Below, piece after piece: positions 13,520-25,924 of a stretch of DNA of 64,000 nucleotides. Within the stretch, counting starts at the first letter, position 1; every line of letters starts with the position of its first letter. The DNA is from Macrostomum lignano (lineage: Eukaryota), in the NCBI GenBank assembly GCA_002269645.1, contig NIVC01000864.1:186001-250000 (forward strand), given 5' to 3'. Under the pieces are notes generated by a model. It did no database searches. It was not told the origin of the DNA and saw only the letters and a list, made by a program, of their open reading frames with translations. A program made the position numbers and the translations under genes.

Positions 13520-13932
13520 ATATAGACACAATGAAGAGGTCCAGTTAGTAGATATAGACACAATGAAGAGGTCCAGTTAGTAGATATAGACACAATGAAG
13601 AGGTCCAGTTAGTAGATATAGACACAATGAAGAGGTCCAGTTAGTAGATATAGACACAATGAAGAGGTCCAGTTAGTAGATATAGACACAATGAAGAGGT
13701 CCAGTTAGTAGATATAGACACAATGAAGAGGTCCAGTTAGTACATATAGACACAATGAAGAGGTCCAGTTAGTAGATAGAGACACAATGAAGAGGTCCAG
13801 CTAGTAGATATAGACACAATGAAGAGGTCCAGTTAGTACATATAGACACAATGAAGAGGTCCAGTTAGTAGATATAGACACAATGAAGAGGTCCAGTTAG
13901 TACATATAGACACAATGAAGAGGTCCAGTTAC
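13520..13932. repeat. 32-bp minisatellite (ATATAGACACAATGAAGAGGTCCAGTTAGTAG)n
   Basis: Period 32 (13561 to 13593). Confidence 0.93.
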
Positions 13933-14569
13933 TCGTGCTACTGGTATACTCATTTCAGCCAAAACCTTCATAGCGAGCATACAGGTGAATAATTATTAAC
14001 TTGTGATTCATGTTTTTTACCACAAGGACGGATCGCATAAACTAGATGTAAGCCGTTATGTATTTTTTACGTAAATCGCGAGCCTGATCTGGCATGCACA
14101 AAGCAAACAAATTCTCGAAATTTAATTTGAAGTCAAGTGCAAAAATAATAGTTTTTGCATAATTTAAAAGCCACATTGCGAGCGCACTGCCTACTATAAA
14201 TAGTATGGGAAGTAGTAAAGCTTCTTAGCGTTTGCATTTTTATGACCAACCCACACGCCAAAAACTCACGGATGCATGACCCTATGGTTATATAATTCAT
14301 TATTGCATTAATTTTTGGTTAAATTAACTTGGCTCTGCTTGCGCAATTAACGCCTTGAGGGCCAACCCCTAAGACACAGTGAAGTGTACATGCCTAGCAA
14401 TAAATAAAGTTAGGACCGCTGTACACTCCTGTGTGAGTGTGTGCCTGTGCGTGTGACTGCTTACGTATCCGCGCGCTTGTGTGCCTGCTCAGGGGAGTCG
14501 GCGGAATGGGTAGCAATGCCTCTCTCCGGTTGTGTGACACAGGCCCTGCTTTTAATAAATATGTAGTGG

Positions 14570-14912
14570 ACCCCATGAACCCCAAGAAGCCATGGACCCC
14601 AAGAAGCCATGGACCCCAAGAAGCCATGGACCCCAAGAAGCCATGGGCCCCAAGAAGCCATGGACCTCAAGAAGCCATGGACCTCAAGAAGCCATGTACC
14701 CCAAGAAGCCATGGACCTCAAGAAGCCATGGACCCCAAGAAGCCATGGACCTCAAGAATCCATGGACCTCAAGAAGCCATGGACCCCAAGAAGCCATGGA
14801 CCCCAAGAAGCCATGGACCCCAAGAAGCCATGGACCTCAAGAAGCCATGTACCCCAAGAATCCATGGACCTCAAGAAGCCATGGACCCCAAGAAGCCATG
14901 GACCCCAAGAAA
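14570..14912. repeat. 17-bp minisatellite (AAGAAGCCATGGACCCC)n, in or near the 3' UTR of the Ly6 gene
   Basis: Period 17. Confidence 0.93.
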
Positions 14913-14985
14913 ATCGAAACCCAAACCACCTGAAGCCGGCGCCCTAGGCATAAACAAAGCACATTGCAGAGACAGTTCAGCAATG

Positions 14986-15407
14986 TCAAGACAGCGGCTT
15001 CAGAGGCAGCAGCAGAGCCGCCAGCAGCATCATCATCACGGCTGTCGATGCCGCAGTCCCCCTTGACGCCGAGTTGCAGCCGTCAAATCGGCACATAGTG
15101 ACGCAGCCATCGAAGTACTGCTGCTCGCCATCGTTAGCGAGTTTGAAGTTGCCGCAGTGGCTCTTCATGACGTTGTTGACCAGCGGGTCGACGCTACACC
15201 GGCGCACCAGCACGGACTGGCCGTCAGACCGGCGCCTGCCTTTCAGCTTGAAGCAGAACCTGGCGGGGAACACGCCGTTCTGCGCTCGGCGACCCTGGTT
15301 GCACGGGGTTGTCAAGCCGATCAGAGAGGAGTCGAACGGGTCGTGACAGGCCGGGTTCGAACCGTTGATGGAGCTGCACACGTAGCAGCTGATGCCGCCG
15401 CCGGAGT
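14986..15407 (-). CDS. Quiver/sleepless-like Ly6 three-finger protein, exon 2 (LU domain plus GPI signal)
   Basis: ISCYVCSSINGSNPACHDPF...CFKLKG...VRRC...CGNF...GCVTMCRFDGCN followed by a hydrophobic C-terminal tail; phase-1 acceptor CTCCTCAG; an in-frame alternative acceptor lies 12 nt upstream (exon start 15419). Confidence 0.88.
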
Positions 15408-15519
15408 CTGAGGAGAACACTGCAGCGAAGGGGGGGTCGGGGAGTGAGCAGTGGGGGTGATTTGGAGCGAAGAAAATCGAATACTGGAGACAAGGATTTA
15501 ATAGCTGATGAAGATTCAC

Positions 15520-15890
15520 AAGAGTGAAGAGTAACAAGAGTGAAGAGTAACAAGAGTGAAGAGTAACAAGAGTGAAGAGTAACAAGAGTGAAGAGTAACA
15601 AGAGTGAAGAGAAACAAGAGTGAAGAGTAAGAAGAGTGAAGAGTGACAAGAGTGAAGGGTAACAAGAGTGAAGAGTAACAAGAGTGAAGAGTGACAAGAG
15701 TGAAGAGTGACAAGAGTGAGGAGTAACAAGAGTGAAGAGTAACAAGAGTGAAGAGTAACAAGAGTGAAGAGTGACAAGAGTGAAGAGTAACAAGAGTGAA
15801 GAGTAACATGAGTGAAGAGTGACAAGAGTAAAGAGTAACAAGAGTGAAGAGTGACAAGATTAAAGAGTGACAACTGGAGAGTGACAAGAA
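15520..15890. repeat. 16-bp minisatellite (AAGAGTGAAGAGTAAC)n, intronic
   Basis: Period 16. Confidence 0.93.
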
Positions 15891-15952
15891 AATTGAAGTG
15901 TAATGAGCGTGAAGAGTGATATGAGGAAAGAGTGACAGGTGACATGATCCAA

Positions 15953-16225
15953 CAGGCAAGGCATGAGTTGGGAACAGGCAAGGCATGAGTTGGGAACAGG
16001 CAAGGCATGAGTTGGGAACAGGCAAGGCATGAGTTGGGAACAGGCAAGGCATGAGTTGGGAACAGGCAAGGCATGAGTTGGGAACAGGCAAGGCATGAGT
16101 TGGGAACAGGCAAGGCATGAGTTGGGAACAGGCAAGGCATGAGTTGGGAACAGGCAAGGCATGAGTTGGGAACAGGCAAGGCATGAGTTGGGAACAGGCA
16201 AGGCATGAGTTGGGAACAGGCAAGT
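15953..16225. repeat. 22-bp minisatellite (CAGGCAAGGCATGAGTTGGGAA)n, intronic
   Basis: Period 22, near-perfect copies. Confidence 0.95.
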
Positions 16226-16251
16226 GGACCACAGCAGCTCGCAGACCTTAC

Positions 16252-16327
16252 CTTGGGCTTCGCAGACAGAGTTGAGAATGGCCAACAGACAGGCTGCAAG
16301 CAGCAGAGCTTCAACTGCAGCCGGCAT
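16252..16327 (-). CDS. Quiver/sleepless-like Ly6 protein, exon 1 (signal peptide MPAAVEALLLAACLLAILNSVCEAQ)
   Basis: ATG at 16327, hydrophobic signal peptide, donor G|GTAAGG in phase 1, which matches the exon 2 acceptor; predicted product about 165 aa. Confidence 0.85.
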
Positions 16328-17309
16328 TATTTCGAAGCTGTCCGTCTTACGGTTGTTTGAATTCAAGAAAAACTGAGTTATTCAGAGGCGTCGCGTCTTT
16401 CTCGAGAGGATTCTTTTAAAAAGAAGCTGCAGTACGAAGGGAGGGCAGTTCGGGAGGGGCTGCGGGAAGCTGGTCGCTAGTCCAATGGCGGAGGCTGAGC
16501 TGGAGCCCGCTGTACACCTTCTGCTCCACCTTCTGCCTCTCGGACTCGAACCCCGAGTTCCCCTCCGCTTTTGCTCTTCCCCTTTCCCATTCCCCCGCCG
16601 CCGCCACGCCTCGTTGCTAGGAGCATACAGATGAGGAATAGGAATAGAAAATGTAAAACTTGTTGGGGAAGAATATTGTGAGAGAGTGTGTACTGTCTGG
16701 CCCTTTCTAACCTGCTCGGAGTGACCCAGCTGCCGTACATGCGGCAGTGAGCGAGGGGCAGAGTAGTCGCGGAGTGCTGAGTACTGTGACTCCTGACTTC
16801 CTTGGCTCCGGCTTTCAATAATCCCCCTCTCTCCCCCAGTTCCGCTCTCTTCCTCTTCCGTGTGTTGCTTCACACTGCTTCTGACCTCTCCCTGGTTCTT
16901 TTCCCCAATGAGATATTAATACAGTCTCTTTTGCACTTTTTAGCAATAAATCATACTCGCAGGCAAAAAACTTTTTCAACCGTTTAAACGTTTACAGCAA
17001 GGGTTTGTTAAAATTTTGTTCCGACTTTTTTGGGCGCGAATTTGAATGTTGTAAACGAATTCGAAACGTTAGTTACTGTATCTCGCTAACTCGCCAACTT
17101 TTCAACTCGTAAAGAAAGTTTTACTTTTTTATATACAATAAGCTACTGTCAGTAGGTTGGCTTTTATTCAGCATTGTACTGTAAAAATTGGGAAGAAGAC
17201 GGCGAGTGAGAAAGAAGTTAAAGAAGTTAACAAACCACAAAAGAGCCAGAAGTTGAGGGTAAAAAACTAAAAAATTTGAATAGCAATAAAATCCTAAATA
17301 AGATAAAGT

Positions 17310-17912
17310 GAGATAGAGAATGAGATAGAGAATGAGATAGAGAATGAGATAGAGAATGAGATAGAGAATGAGATAGAGAATGAGATAGAGAATGAGATAG
17401 ACAATGAGATAGAGAATGAGATAGAGAATGAGATAGACAAAGAGATAGACAATGAGATAGAGAATGAGATAGAGAATGAGATAGACAATGAGATAGACAA
17501 TGAGATAGAGAATGAGATAGACAATGAGATAGACAATGAGATAGACAATGAGATAGACAATGAGATAGACAATGAGATAGACAATGAGATAGAGAATGAG
17601 ATAGACAATGAGATAGACAATGAGAGAGAATGAGATAGAGAATGAGATAGAGAATGAGATAGACAATGAGATAGACAATGAGATAGAGAATGAGATAGAG
17701 AATGAGATAGAGAATGAGATAGAGAATGAGATAGAGAATGAGATAGACAATGAGATAGAGAATGAGATAGAGAATGAGATAGACAATGAGATAGAAAATG
17801 AGATAGAGAATGAGATAGAGAATGAGATAGAGAATGAGATAGACAATGAGATAGAAAATGAGATAGAGAATGAGATAGAGAATGAGATAGAGAATGAGAT
17901 AGACAATGAGAT
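17310..17912. repeat. 12-bp minisatellite (GAGATAGA[G/C]AAT)n between two divergently transcribed genes
   Basis: Direct reading. Confidence 0.95.
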
Positions 17913-18375
17913 CATGACCAGACATCATGTCTAATCGCAGTTAAAAATGGTCGCAGACAAAAGTCAATGAAGTCCTGTTTGACCACAAATATCTTCATTG
18001 CAGATCAACAGCGCGAGGAGTTGCAGTGCAACAGAAGAAAGTCACGTGGGGTGAGGGTGAACTATCACTGTTCGTGCAGAAAGTTTAGAGCGAAAGCAAT
18101 AAAACCCAAGACCTGTTCTAGCTGGTCCACCTTTGCCATATATGAAAAACAAGAAGGCTTGTGAATTGCAGGCTGGCAATGCTATCTGCAGAGCGACTGT
18201 TTATCTGCCAGATTTCTACACACGCAGTCAAACTGAAACACAGCTCGCAGGAAATCTGGTGGACGCAGATGAACCCCCGCCAGCAACAGCTGCAAGACCA
18301 GGGGTTGAGATGATAAGATAAAAGAAGCAAGTCACAAGACTGCCAATCTGAAATTCAGGTGGGGACAACATAGCC

Positions 18376-18383
18376 TATAAATA
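18376..18383 (+). promoter_or_regulatory. TATA box (TATAAATA) of the pacifastin-like gene
   Basis: Consensus TATA about 110 nt upstream of ATG 18488. Confidence 0.55.
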
Positions 18384-18487
18384 CAATAGCAAAAGCAGCA
18401 AGGCAAGTCTTTCCAATAACACCGGCAGGAGAGAGAGAGAGAGTTTCAAACAGGAATCGACTTCAATTCAACAAGACAGACAAGCAA

Positions 18488-19174
18488 ATGCGCCTGGTAC
18501 TACTGCTGGCGTTGGTCCTGGCGGTGTCTTCGGCCGCCTACGGCCGCAGATTCGGGCGCCGGGGCGGCGGTCGCGGCCGGAACAAGCCGGAGGTCACGTG
18601 CTCGGACCTGAAGGCGCAGAGCATCTGCAACGGAGACGCTTCTCTTGTCGGCTTCAAGGTGTCGGACGGTTGCAACCTGTGCACCTGCGGCTCCAACGCC
18701 GGCCAGGCCACGTGCACCATCAAGTCCTGCCCGCGCCAGACGGAGATCCTGGAGCCCCGGCTGAAACGCAGGGCAGACCGCTTCTGCCAGAAGCTGGCCC
18801 GCCGGGTCGAGAAGAAGAAGCTCCGCTACAAGCGCCGCATGGAGAGGCGAGCCGCCGCCGCCGCCGCTGCCGGTGGCTCTGCTGAACCCGAGCGCTGGCC
18901 AATCAAGTGCTTCAAGGAGCGCAAGCTGTGCCGCCAGCAGCCGGGAGTCAAGTTCTTCGACGGCTGCAACCAGTGCCAGTGCCCGGACACGCCGGCCACG
19001 GCTGCCCAGTGCGAGACCAGCAACACCTGCCCGGAGTTCGTCGGCAGCAAGCGCGAGTTCAAGCGGCACTGCCGCAGTCTGGGCGCCAATATCGAGGGCG
19101 GCAGGCGCGGCAACAGGCGGCGCGGCCGCAGACAGCGCGGCTCTCTGATGCAGTGGCTGGCCCAGCGGTTCTGA
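18488..19174 (+). CDS. Secreted Arg/Gly-rich protein (228 aa) with two pacifastin-like (I19-type) Cys-rich modules
   Basis: Signal peptide MRLVLLLALVLAVSSAAYG; C-x14-CNxCxC-x4-G-x3-CT-x3-C matches the pacifastin pattern; second module DGCNQCQC; GC-rich codon usage; upstream TATA and downstream AATAAA. Confidence 0.85.
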   Translation: MRLVLLLALVLAVSSAAYGRRFGRRGGGRGRNKPEVTCSDLKAQSICNGDASLVGFKVSDGCNLCTCGSNAGQATCTIKSCPRQTEILEPRLKRRADRFCQKLARRVEKKKLRYKRRMERRAAAAAAAGGSAEPERWPIKCFKERKLCRQQPGVKFFDGCNQCQCPDTPATAAQCETSNTCPEFVGSKREFKRHCRSLGANIEGGRRGNRRRGRRQRGSLMQWLAQRF

Positions 19175-19256
19175 GCGGCTGCCAATTTTAATTAACTCGC
19201 ATAGCAACTGTGGCCTCGGCTTTACTTTGGGCTGCTTCTGTTGCTTGTAAATGAGT

Positions 19257-19262
19257 AATAAA
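19257..19262 (+). terminator. Polyadenylation signal AATAAA of the pacifastin-like gene
   Basis: 83 nt after the stop codon. Confidence 0.5.
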
Positions 19263-19519
19263 ATTAAACTGCATACCGAATGACCGCTCAATCAAACACG
19301 CGGGTCTCGCCGTAGAGTATCACTCAGTGTCAAATAAATCCGACTGCTACTACTTATGCATGCCTTTGCCAAGTCAGTAGTGTGTTTCGAGCAGTTGTCC
19401 TACTTTTAAGAAGTGTTAATTTTCACATAATATACGAGCTACAGTAATACATACCTAGGAAGGAGGCATGTCCCAATTTTGAGCTGGGCATGTACGAGCT
19501 ATGACATCAGAACTCCTTC

Positions 19520-20170
19520 AGCTGGCGCCCCCAATCCTTCAGCTGGCGCCCCCAATCCTTCAGCTGGCGCCCCCCAATCCTTCAGCTGGCGCCCCCCAAT
19601 CCTTCAGCTGGCGCCCCCCAATCCTTCAGCTGGCGCCCCCCAATCCTTCAGCTGGCGCCCCCTCCCCCAATCCTTCAGCTGACGCCCCCCAATCCTTCAG
19701 CTGGCGCCCCCAATCCTTCAGCTGGCGCCCCCAATCCTTCAGCTGGCGCCCCCAATCCTTCAGCTGGCGCCCCTCAATCCTTCAGCTGGCGCCCCCAATC
19801 CTTCAGCTGGCGCCCCCCAATCCTTCAGCTGGCGCCCCCAATCCTTCAGCTGGCGCCCCCCAATCCTTCAGCTGGCGCCCCCCAATCCTTCAGCTGGCGC
19901 CCCCAATCCTTCAGCTGGCGCCCCCCAATCCTTCAGCTGGCGCCCCCCAATCCTTCAGCTGGCGCCCCCCAATCCTTCAGCTGGCGCCCCCCAATCCTTC
20001 AGCTGGCGCCCCCCAATCCTTCAGCTGGCGCCCCCCAATCCTTCAGCTGGCGCCCCCCAATCCTTCAGCTGGCGCCCCCCAATCCTTCAGCTGGCGCCCC
20101 CCAATCCTTCAGTTGGCGCCCCAAATCCTTCAGCTGGCGCCCCCCAATCCTTCAGCTGGCGCCCCCAATC
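19520..20170. repeat. 21-22-bp GC-rich minisatellite (CCCCAATCCTTCAGCTGGCGCC)n between convergent 3' ends
   Basis: Direct tandem copies. Confidence 0.95.
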
Positions 20171-20266
20171 GACCAGTTACAAAAGAAGCGGACACGAAAC
20201 AGGTCGCAGGTTTGTGAGCGATGCTACATTTTGGATTGCCAAGAAGGAATGGAATTTATCAAGAGA

Positions 20267-20272
20267 TTTATT
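20267..20272 (-). terminator. Probable PKD2 polyadenylation signal (AATAAA on the minus strand)
   Basis: TTTATT on the + strand about 360 nt past the PKD2 stop. Confidence 0.4.
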
Positions 20273-20632
20273 AACGATATTTCATTCGTTGACACACAGC
20301 GGTCAGAAATAGGTTCAGGTCGCATTGATAAAAATAATTTTTTTTGTTAAAATCAGCCCATTAAAAGGTTCCTCGATTAGCTGTCAGTTAAAAATACATT
20401 CAGAGCCATGTTTATCCGTAAAAGCCAGAGATTTCAAATATCATAGAGTTTAGCAGCTATTCGGCCTCTAGGTAAGAGTTGAACAAACAAACACAAGAAT
20501 AAGCTTCAACTTCGGACGGCTTGTGAGTGGGAGCAGTTGGCAATTATATAATTGGCGTTCAGGGCTTGGAAATCTCTCAATAAAATATTATAAATAGATA
20601 TCTCTCAAGGTCAGTCAGACGGGCCCGGCAGC

Positions 20633-21145
20633 TCAGTAGCGAGCCTCCGCGCCGCTGCCGCTGCCGGCCGCGCTACCCGGACGCGAGGCGCCGGCTGATC
20701 GGCCGCGCGCGGTGGCGGCCCGCGAGGAGGCAGGCGCCGCGTCAACCGGCTCGCTCTCCCAGCGCTCCAGCTCCTCGCGCACCAGCTGCTCCATCTGTTC
20801 GCGCTTCTGCTCGTCTGACACAGCCTCATTCTCGCTGATGGAGTCCAGCAGCTTGCTCATGGTCTCCCGCCTGCGCAGCTTCGCCTTCTCCATCGCGTCC
20901 AGCTTCACCAGCACGGCGTCAATCTTCGACACGATGCTGCCGATGCTGTGCTCCATGCGGTCCACGCGCCTGGCCAGCACCGTGAACTCCTCCGAGGACA
21001 CGCCGGCGCCGCCGCCGCCGCTCCCGCCGCTGACGCCCCGTCGAGAGCTCCTGAGGCGGTCGTCGGCGTCGGCGCCGAGGTCGGCGGTTGAGCGGGCGCT
21101 GGCTGGACGGTCGCGCTCGGATTGGATCTGGTCGTTTAGGGCGGC
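20633..21145 (-). CDS. PKD2: PKD2 last exon (coiled coil [27 protein letters not shown])
   Basis: Signature polycystin-2 coiled coil; acceptor CCGCAG, phase 0; stop at 20633. Confidence 0.93.
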   Translation of the reverse strand, partial: AALNDQIQSERDRPASARSTADLGADADDRLRSSRRGVSGGSGGGGAGVSSEEFTVLARRVDRMEHSIGSIVSKIDAVLVKLDAMEKAKLRRRETMSKLLDSISENEAVSDEQKREQMEQLVREELERWESEPVDAAPASSRAATARGRSAGASRPGSAAGSGSGAEARY

Positions 21146-21159
21146 CTGCGGCGGTTGGG

Positions 21160-22525
21160 ATAGATGTGGATTAGATCTGGGATAGATGTGGATTAGATCT
21201 GGGATAGATGCGGATTCGATCTAGGAAATACGGATTAGACCTGGGATAGATGCGGATTAGATCTGGGATAGATGTGGATTAGATCTGGGATAGATGCGGA
21301 TTAGATCTGGGATAGATGCGGATTAGATCTGGGATAGATGTGGATTAGACCTGGGATAGATGCGGATTAGATCTGGGATAGATGTGGATTAGACCTGGGA
21401 TAGATGCGGATTAGATCTAGGAAATACGGATTAGAACTGGGATAGATGCGGATTAGATCTGGGATAGATACGGATTAGACCTGGGATAGATGCGGATTAG
21501 ATCTGGGATAGATGCGGATTCGATCTGGGATAGATGCGGATTCGATCTAGGAAATACGGATTAGACCTGGGATAGATGCGGATTAGATCTGGGATAGATG
21601 TGGATTAGACCTGGGATAGATGCGGATTAGACCTGGGATGGATACGGATTAGACCTGGGATAGATGCGGATTAGATCTAGGAAATACGGATTAGACCTGG
21701 GATAGATACGGATTAGACCTGGGATAGATGCGGATTAGACCTGGGATAGATGTGGATTAGATCTGGGATAGATGCGGATTCGATCTAGGAAATACGGATT
21801 AGACCTGGGATAGATGCGGATTAGATCTGGGATAGATGTGGATTAGACCTGGGATAGATGCGGATTAGATCTGGGATAGATGTGGATTAGACCTGGGATA
21901 GATACGGATTAGAACTGGGATAGATGCGGATTAGATCTGGGATAGATACGGATTAGACCTGGGATGGATACGGATTAGACCTGGGATAGATGCGGATTAG
22001 ATCTGGGATAGATGTGGATTCGATCTGGGATAGATGCGGATTCGATCTAGGAAATACGGATTAGACCTGGGATAGATGCGGATTAGATCTGGGATAGATG
22101 TGGATTAGATCTGGGATAGATGCGGATTAGATCTGGGATAGATGTGGATTAGACCTGGGATAGATGCGGATTAGATCTGGGATAGATACGGATTAGACCT
22201 GGGATGGATACGGATTAGACCTGGGATAGATGCGGATTAGATCTAGGAAATACGGATTAGACCTGGGATAGATACGGATTAGACCTGGGATAGATGCGGA
22301 TTAGAACTGGGATAGATGCGGATTAGATCTGGGATAGATACGGATTAGAACTGGGATAGATGCGGATTAGAACTGGGATAGATGCGGATTAGATCTGGGA
22401 TGGATACGGATTAGACCTGGGATAGATGCGGATTAGAACTGGGATAGATGCGGATTAGATCTGGGATAGATGCGGATTAGAACTGGGATAGATGCTGATT
22501 AGATCTGGGATAGATACAGATTAGA
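21160..22525. repeat. 22-bp minisatellite (GGATTAGATCTGGGATAGATGC)n, PKD2 intron
   Basis: Direct tandem copies starting just beyond the acceptor. Confidence 0.95.
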
Positions 22526-22980
22526 TTTGGGAGTTCATTTAGAAACGTCTATCATATAGACACAGGACACTGACAGATACAGGACACTTGTACACACAAT
22601 CGATACAGGCGGTACCCGAACATCGGTGCAGTTGTTACATTTTTAATTGCGTAATTAACGTGCAATTTAGAGATGCTGGCAGTACAGGAGGCTCAGCCTT
22701 GTTAGCAAAATTATCATTTTTTACATTTTACATCAAGATAGTCGGAAGCACACAAATTATACATGAGGAACAACCAACAAACAGAATACAACAGATTTTA
22801 CATGGCAACGGGTACACAATAAAGAATTATAAATAAGCAATAATAAAGCTTCACTCCTACTGCATTGGTTTCCAAATTACGCTGCAAATTGGGGGACACA
22901 ATGTTAAATATATTATTATTAATAATAATACGCTTCAATAAATAGTTGCTATGCGAAATGAATACAGACTCATTGCTAAC

Positions 22981-23098
22981 CTTCTGGCCCTCCAATTCGC
23001 TGGTCATCCTGCGCTGCTCCTCCTCGTCCAGCACTCGGTCGCCGTCGACGTCATATTTGGCAAACATCGCCTCGATTTCGCCGTCAGCGTAGCCTCGC
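22981..23098 (-). CDS. PKD2: PKD2 exon encoding EF-hand 2 (DVDGDRVLDEEE)
   Basis: RGYADGEIEAMFAKYDVDGDRVLDEEEQRRM is homologous to the PKD2 EF-hand; acceptor TTCCAG and donor GTTAGC; phases 2 and 0 fit the neighbouring exons. Confidence 0.93.
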
Positions 23099-23314
23099 CT
23101 GGAAGCAGGAAAGGATTTAGTAATTAGGCCTATTTAAAGCAGGCTCGAGAGGTGTTAGTCTCGCCATGTACACGCCAATCTCTACACAAAATGTACTATT
23201 AAAGTACACGCTAATGTCTACACACAATGTACTATTAAAGTACACGCTAATGTCTACACACAATGTACTATTAAAGTACACGCCAATCTCTATAAACACA
23301 ATGCACTATTAAAA

Positions 23315-23480
23315 TCCATATACTAAAAATGGTCTGTTGGTATGTGTGTGATCGATTTTAGCAAAAACGGTTCAACCGATTTTATTCGAACTTGCACCAT
23401 TCGATCAGAAATTTTCCCGGGACGGTACATGCATATTGGCTAAGAAATTGCTCAATGTTAAAGGGATTAAATATTCGAAA
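23315..23480 (+). mobile_element. Helitron-like non-autonomous element, 5' part
   Basis: A|TCCATATACTAAAAATG start followed by microsatellite-like text and AACCGATTT; related copy at 63020. Confidence 0.5.
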
Positions 23481-23850
23481 AACATGATTTTTTGCAAAGG
23501 TCAAGCAGCTCTTTCGACCTGAAATGCATTGTAAGAATGCTAGAGAAAAATCTGACTGGTTGAATTCTGATTCTGAAATAGATTGCATCACAATACACTT
23601 TATTTATCGTCTGTGTACTGGCTGAATTTGACACTCAATTGAATTGCGTCACAGCTTTGAGGGTGAAAGTATAGTGCAGTACTGAATTTATATTACGTAA
23701 CCATATTGTTAACTTTCATAGACACTGGTACTGACTTGCCTAAGAAATTGATTATGTCATAACTGCTTCGCGTGACTTTTTACTCTACCTGACTTGGTGT
23801 GAGTGTTGAATTAATTATATAAGTGGTACAAATTCACTGATAACTTCGAT

Positions 23851-23910
23851 GAGAGCTAGCCTAGAGCTGAGCAGACCAGACTGCTAATGCAGCGACCTGG
23901 GTTCGAATCT
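23851..23910 (+). mobile_element. tRNA-derived (SINE-like) head, copy 1
   Basis: A-box-like TAGCCTAGAG, GACTGCTAAT anticodon-loop-like motif, B-box GGTTCGAATC; no complete cloverleaf. Confidence 0.5.
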
Positions 23911-23979
23911 AAGTAGTTTAAAAGTAGTAGTGTAAAATTTTTTATTAAAAGCTTTTATTAAAGGACTAAATAAAAACAC

Positions 23980-25880
23980 TTAGATTACTGCACTCGATAA
24001 GCTAAGGATTATTGCTCTTGGCAAACCAAGGAATACTGCACTCGATAAGCCAAGGATTATTGCTCTTGGCAAACCAAGGATTACTGCACTCGATAAGCCA
24101 TGGATTATTGCTATTAATAAACCAAGGATTACTGCACTCGATAAGCCAAGGATTATTGCTATTAATAAACCATGAATTACTGCACTCGATAAGCCAAGGA
24201 TTATTGCTATTAATAAACCAAGGATTACTGCACTCATAAGCCATGGATTATTGCTATTAATAAACCAAGGATTACTGCACTCGATAAGCCAAGGATTATT
24301 GCTATTAATAAACCAAGGATTACTGCACTCGATAAACCAAGGATTATTGCTATTAATAAACCAAGGATTACTGCACTCGATAAGCCAAGGACTATTGCTA
24401 TTAATAAACCAAGGATTACTGCACTCAATAAACCAAGGACTATTGCTCTTGGCAAACCAAGGATTACTGCACTCGATAAGCCAAGGACTATTGCTCTTGG
24501 CAAACCAAGGATTACTGCACTCGATAAGCCATGGATTATTGCTATTAATAAACCAAGGATTACTGCACTCGATAAGCCAAGGATTATTGCTATTAATAAA
24601 CTAAGGATTACTGCACTCGATAAACCAAGGATTATTGCTATTAATAAACCAAGGATTATGCACTTGGCAAACCAAGGATTACTGCAATCGATAAGCCAAG
24701 GATTATTGCTATTAATAAACCAAGCATTACTGCACTCAATAAACCAAGGACTATTGCTATTAATAAACCAAGGATTACTGCACTCAAAAAACCAAGGACT
24801 ATTGCTCTTGGCAAACCAAGGATTACTGCACTCGATAAGCCAAGGATTATTGCTATTAATAAACCAAGGATTACTGCACTCGATAAGCCAAGGATTATTG
24901 CTATTAATAAACCAAGGATTAATGCACTCGATAAACCAAGGATTATTGCTATTAATAAACCAAGGATTACTGCACTCGATAAGCCAAGGATTATTGCTAT
25001 TAATAAACCAAGGATTATGCACTTGGCAAACCAAGGATTACTGCACTCGATAAGCCAAGGATTATTGCTATTAATAAACCAAGGATTACTGCACTCAATA
25101 AACCAAGGACTATTGCTATTAATAAACCAAGGATTACTGCACTCAATAAACCAAGGACTATTGCTCTTGGCAAACCAAGGATTACTGCACTCGATAAGCC
25201 AAGGACTATTGCTCTTGGCAAACCAAGGATTACTGCACTCGATAATCCATGGATTATTGCTATTAATAAACCAAGGATTACTGCACTCGATAAGCCAAGG
25301 ATTATTGCTATTAATAAACCAAGGATTACTGCACTCGATAAACCAAGGATTATGCACTTGGCAAACCAAGGATTACTGCACTCGATAAGCCAAGGATTAT
25401 TGCTATTAATAAACCAAGGAATACTGCACTCAATAAACCAAGGACTATTGCTATTAATAAACCAAGGATTACTGCACTCAATAAACCAAGGACTATTGCT
25501 CTTGGCAAACCAAGGATTACTGCACTCGATAAGCCAAGGACTATTGCTCTTGGCAAACCAAGGATTACTGCACTCGATAAGCCATGGATTATTGCTATTA
25601 ATAAACCAAGGATTACTGCACTCGATAAGCCAAGGATTATTGCTATTAATAAACCAAGGATTACTGCACTCGATAAGGCATGGATTATTGCTATTAATAA
25701 ACCAAGGATTACTGCACTCGATAAGCCAAGGATTATTGCTATTAATAAACCATGAATTACTGCACTCGATAAGCCAAGGATTATTGCTATTAATAAACCA
25801 AGGATTACTGCACTCGATAAGCCATGGATTATTGCTATTAATAAACCAAGGATTACTGCACTCGATAGCCAAGGATTACT
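23980..25880. repeat. 48-bp higher-order minisatellite (two 24-bp halves sharing CCAAGGATTA)
   Basis: CCAAGGATTACTGCACTCGATAAG alternates with CCAAGGATTATTGCTATTAATAAA. Confidence 0.95.
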
Positions 25881-25924
25881 GCGCTTGATAAGCTTGGCTA
25901 CATGTATAGGATTATTTCTATCCA

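Noticed and set aside
23851-23910. Functional tRNA-Ser gene
   Set aside because: No acceptor-stem pairing or variable arm can be built; treated as a SINE or pseudo-tRNA.
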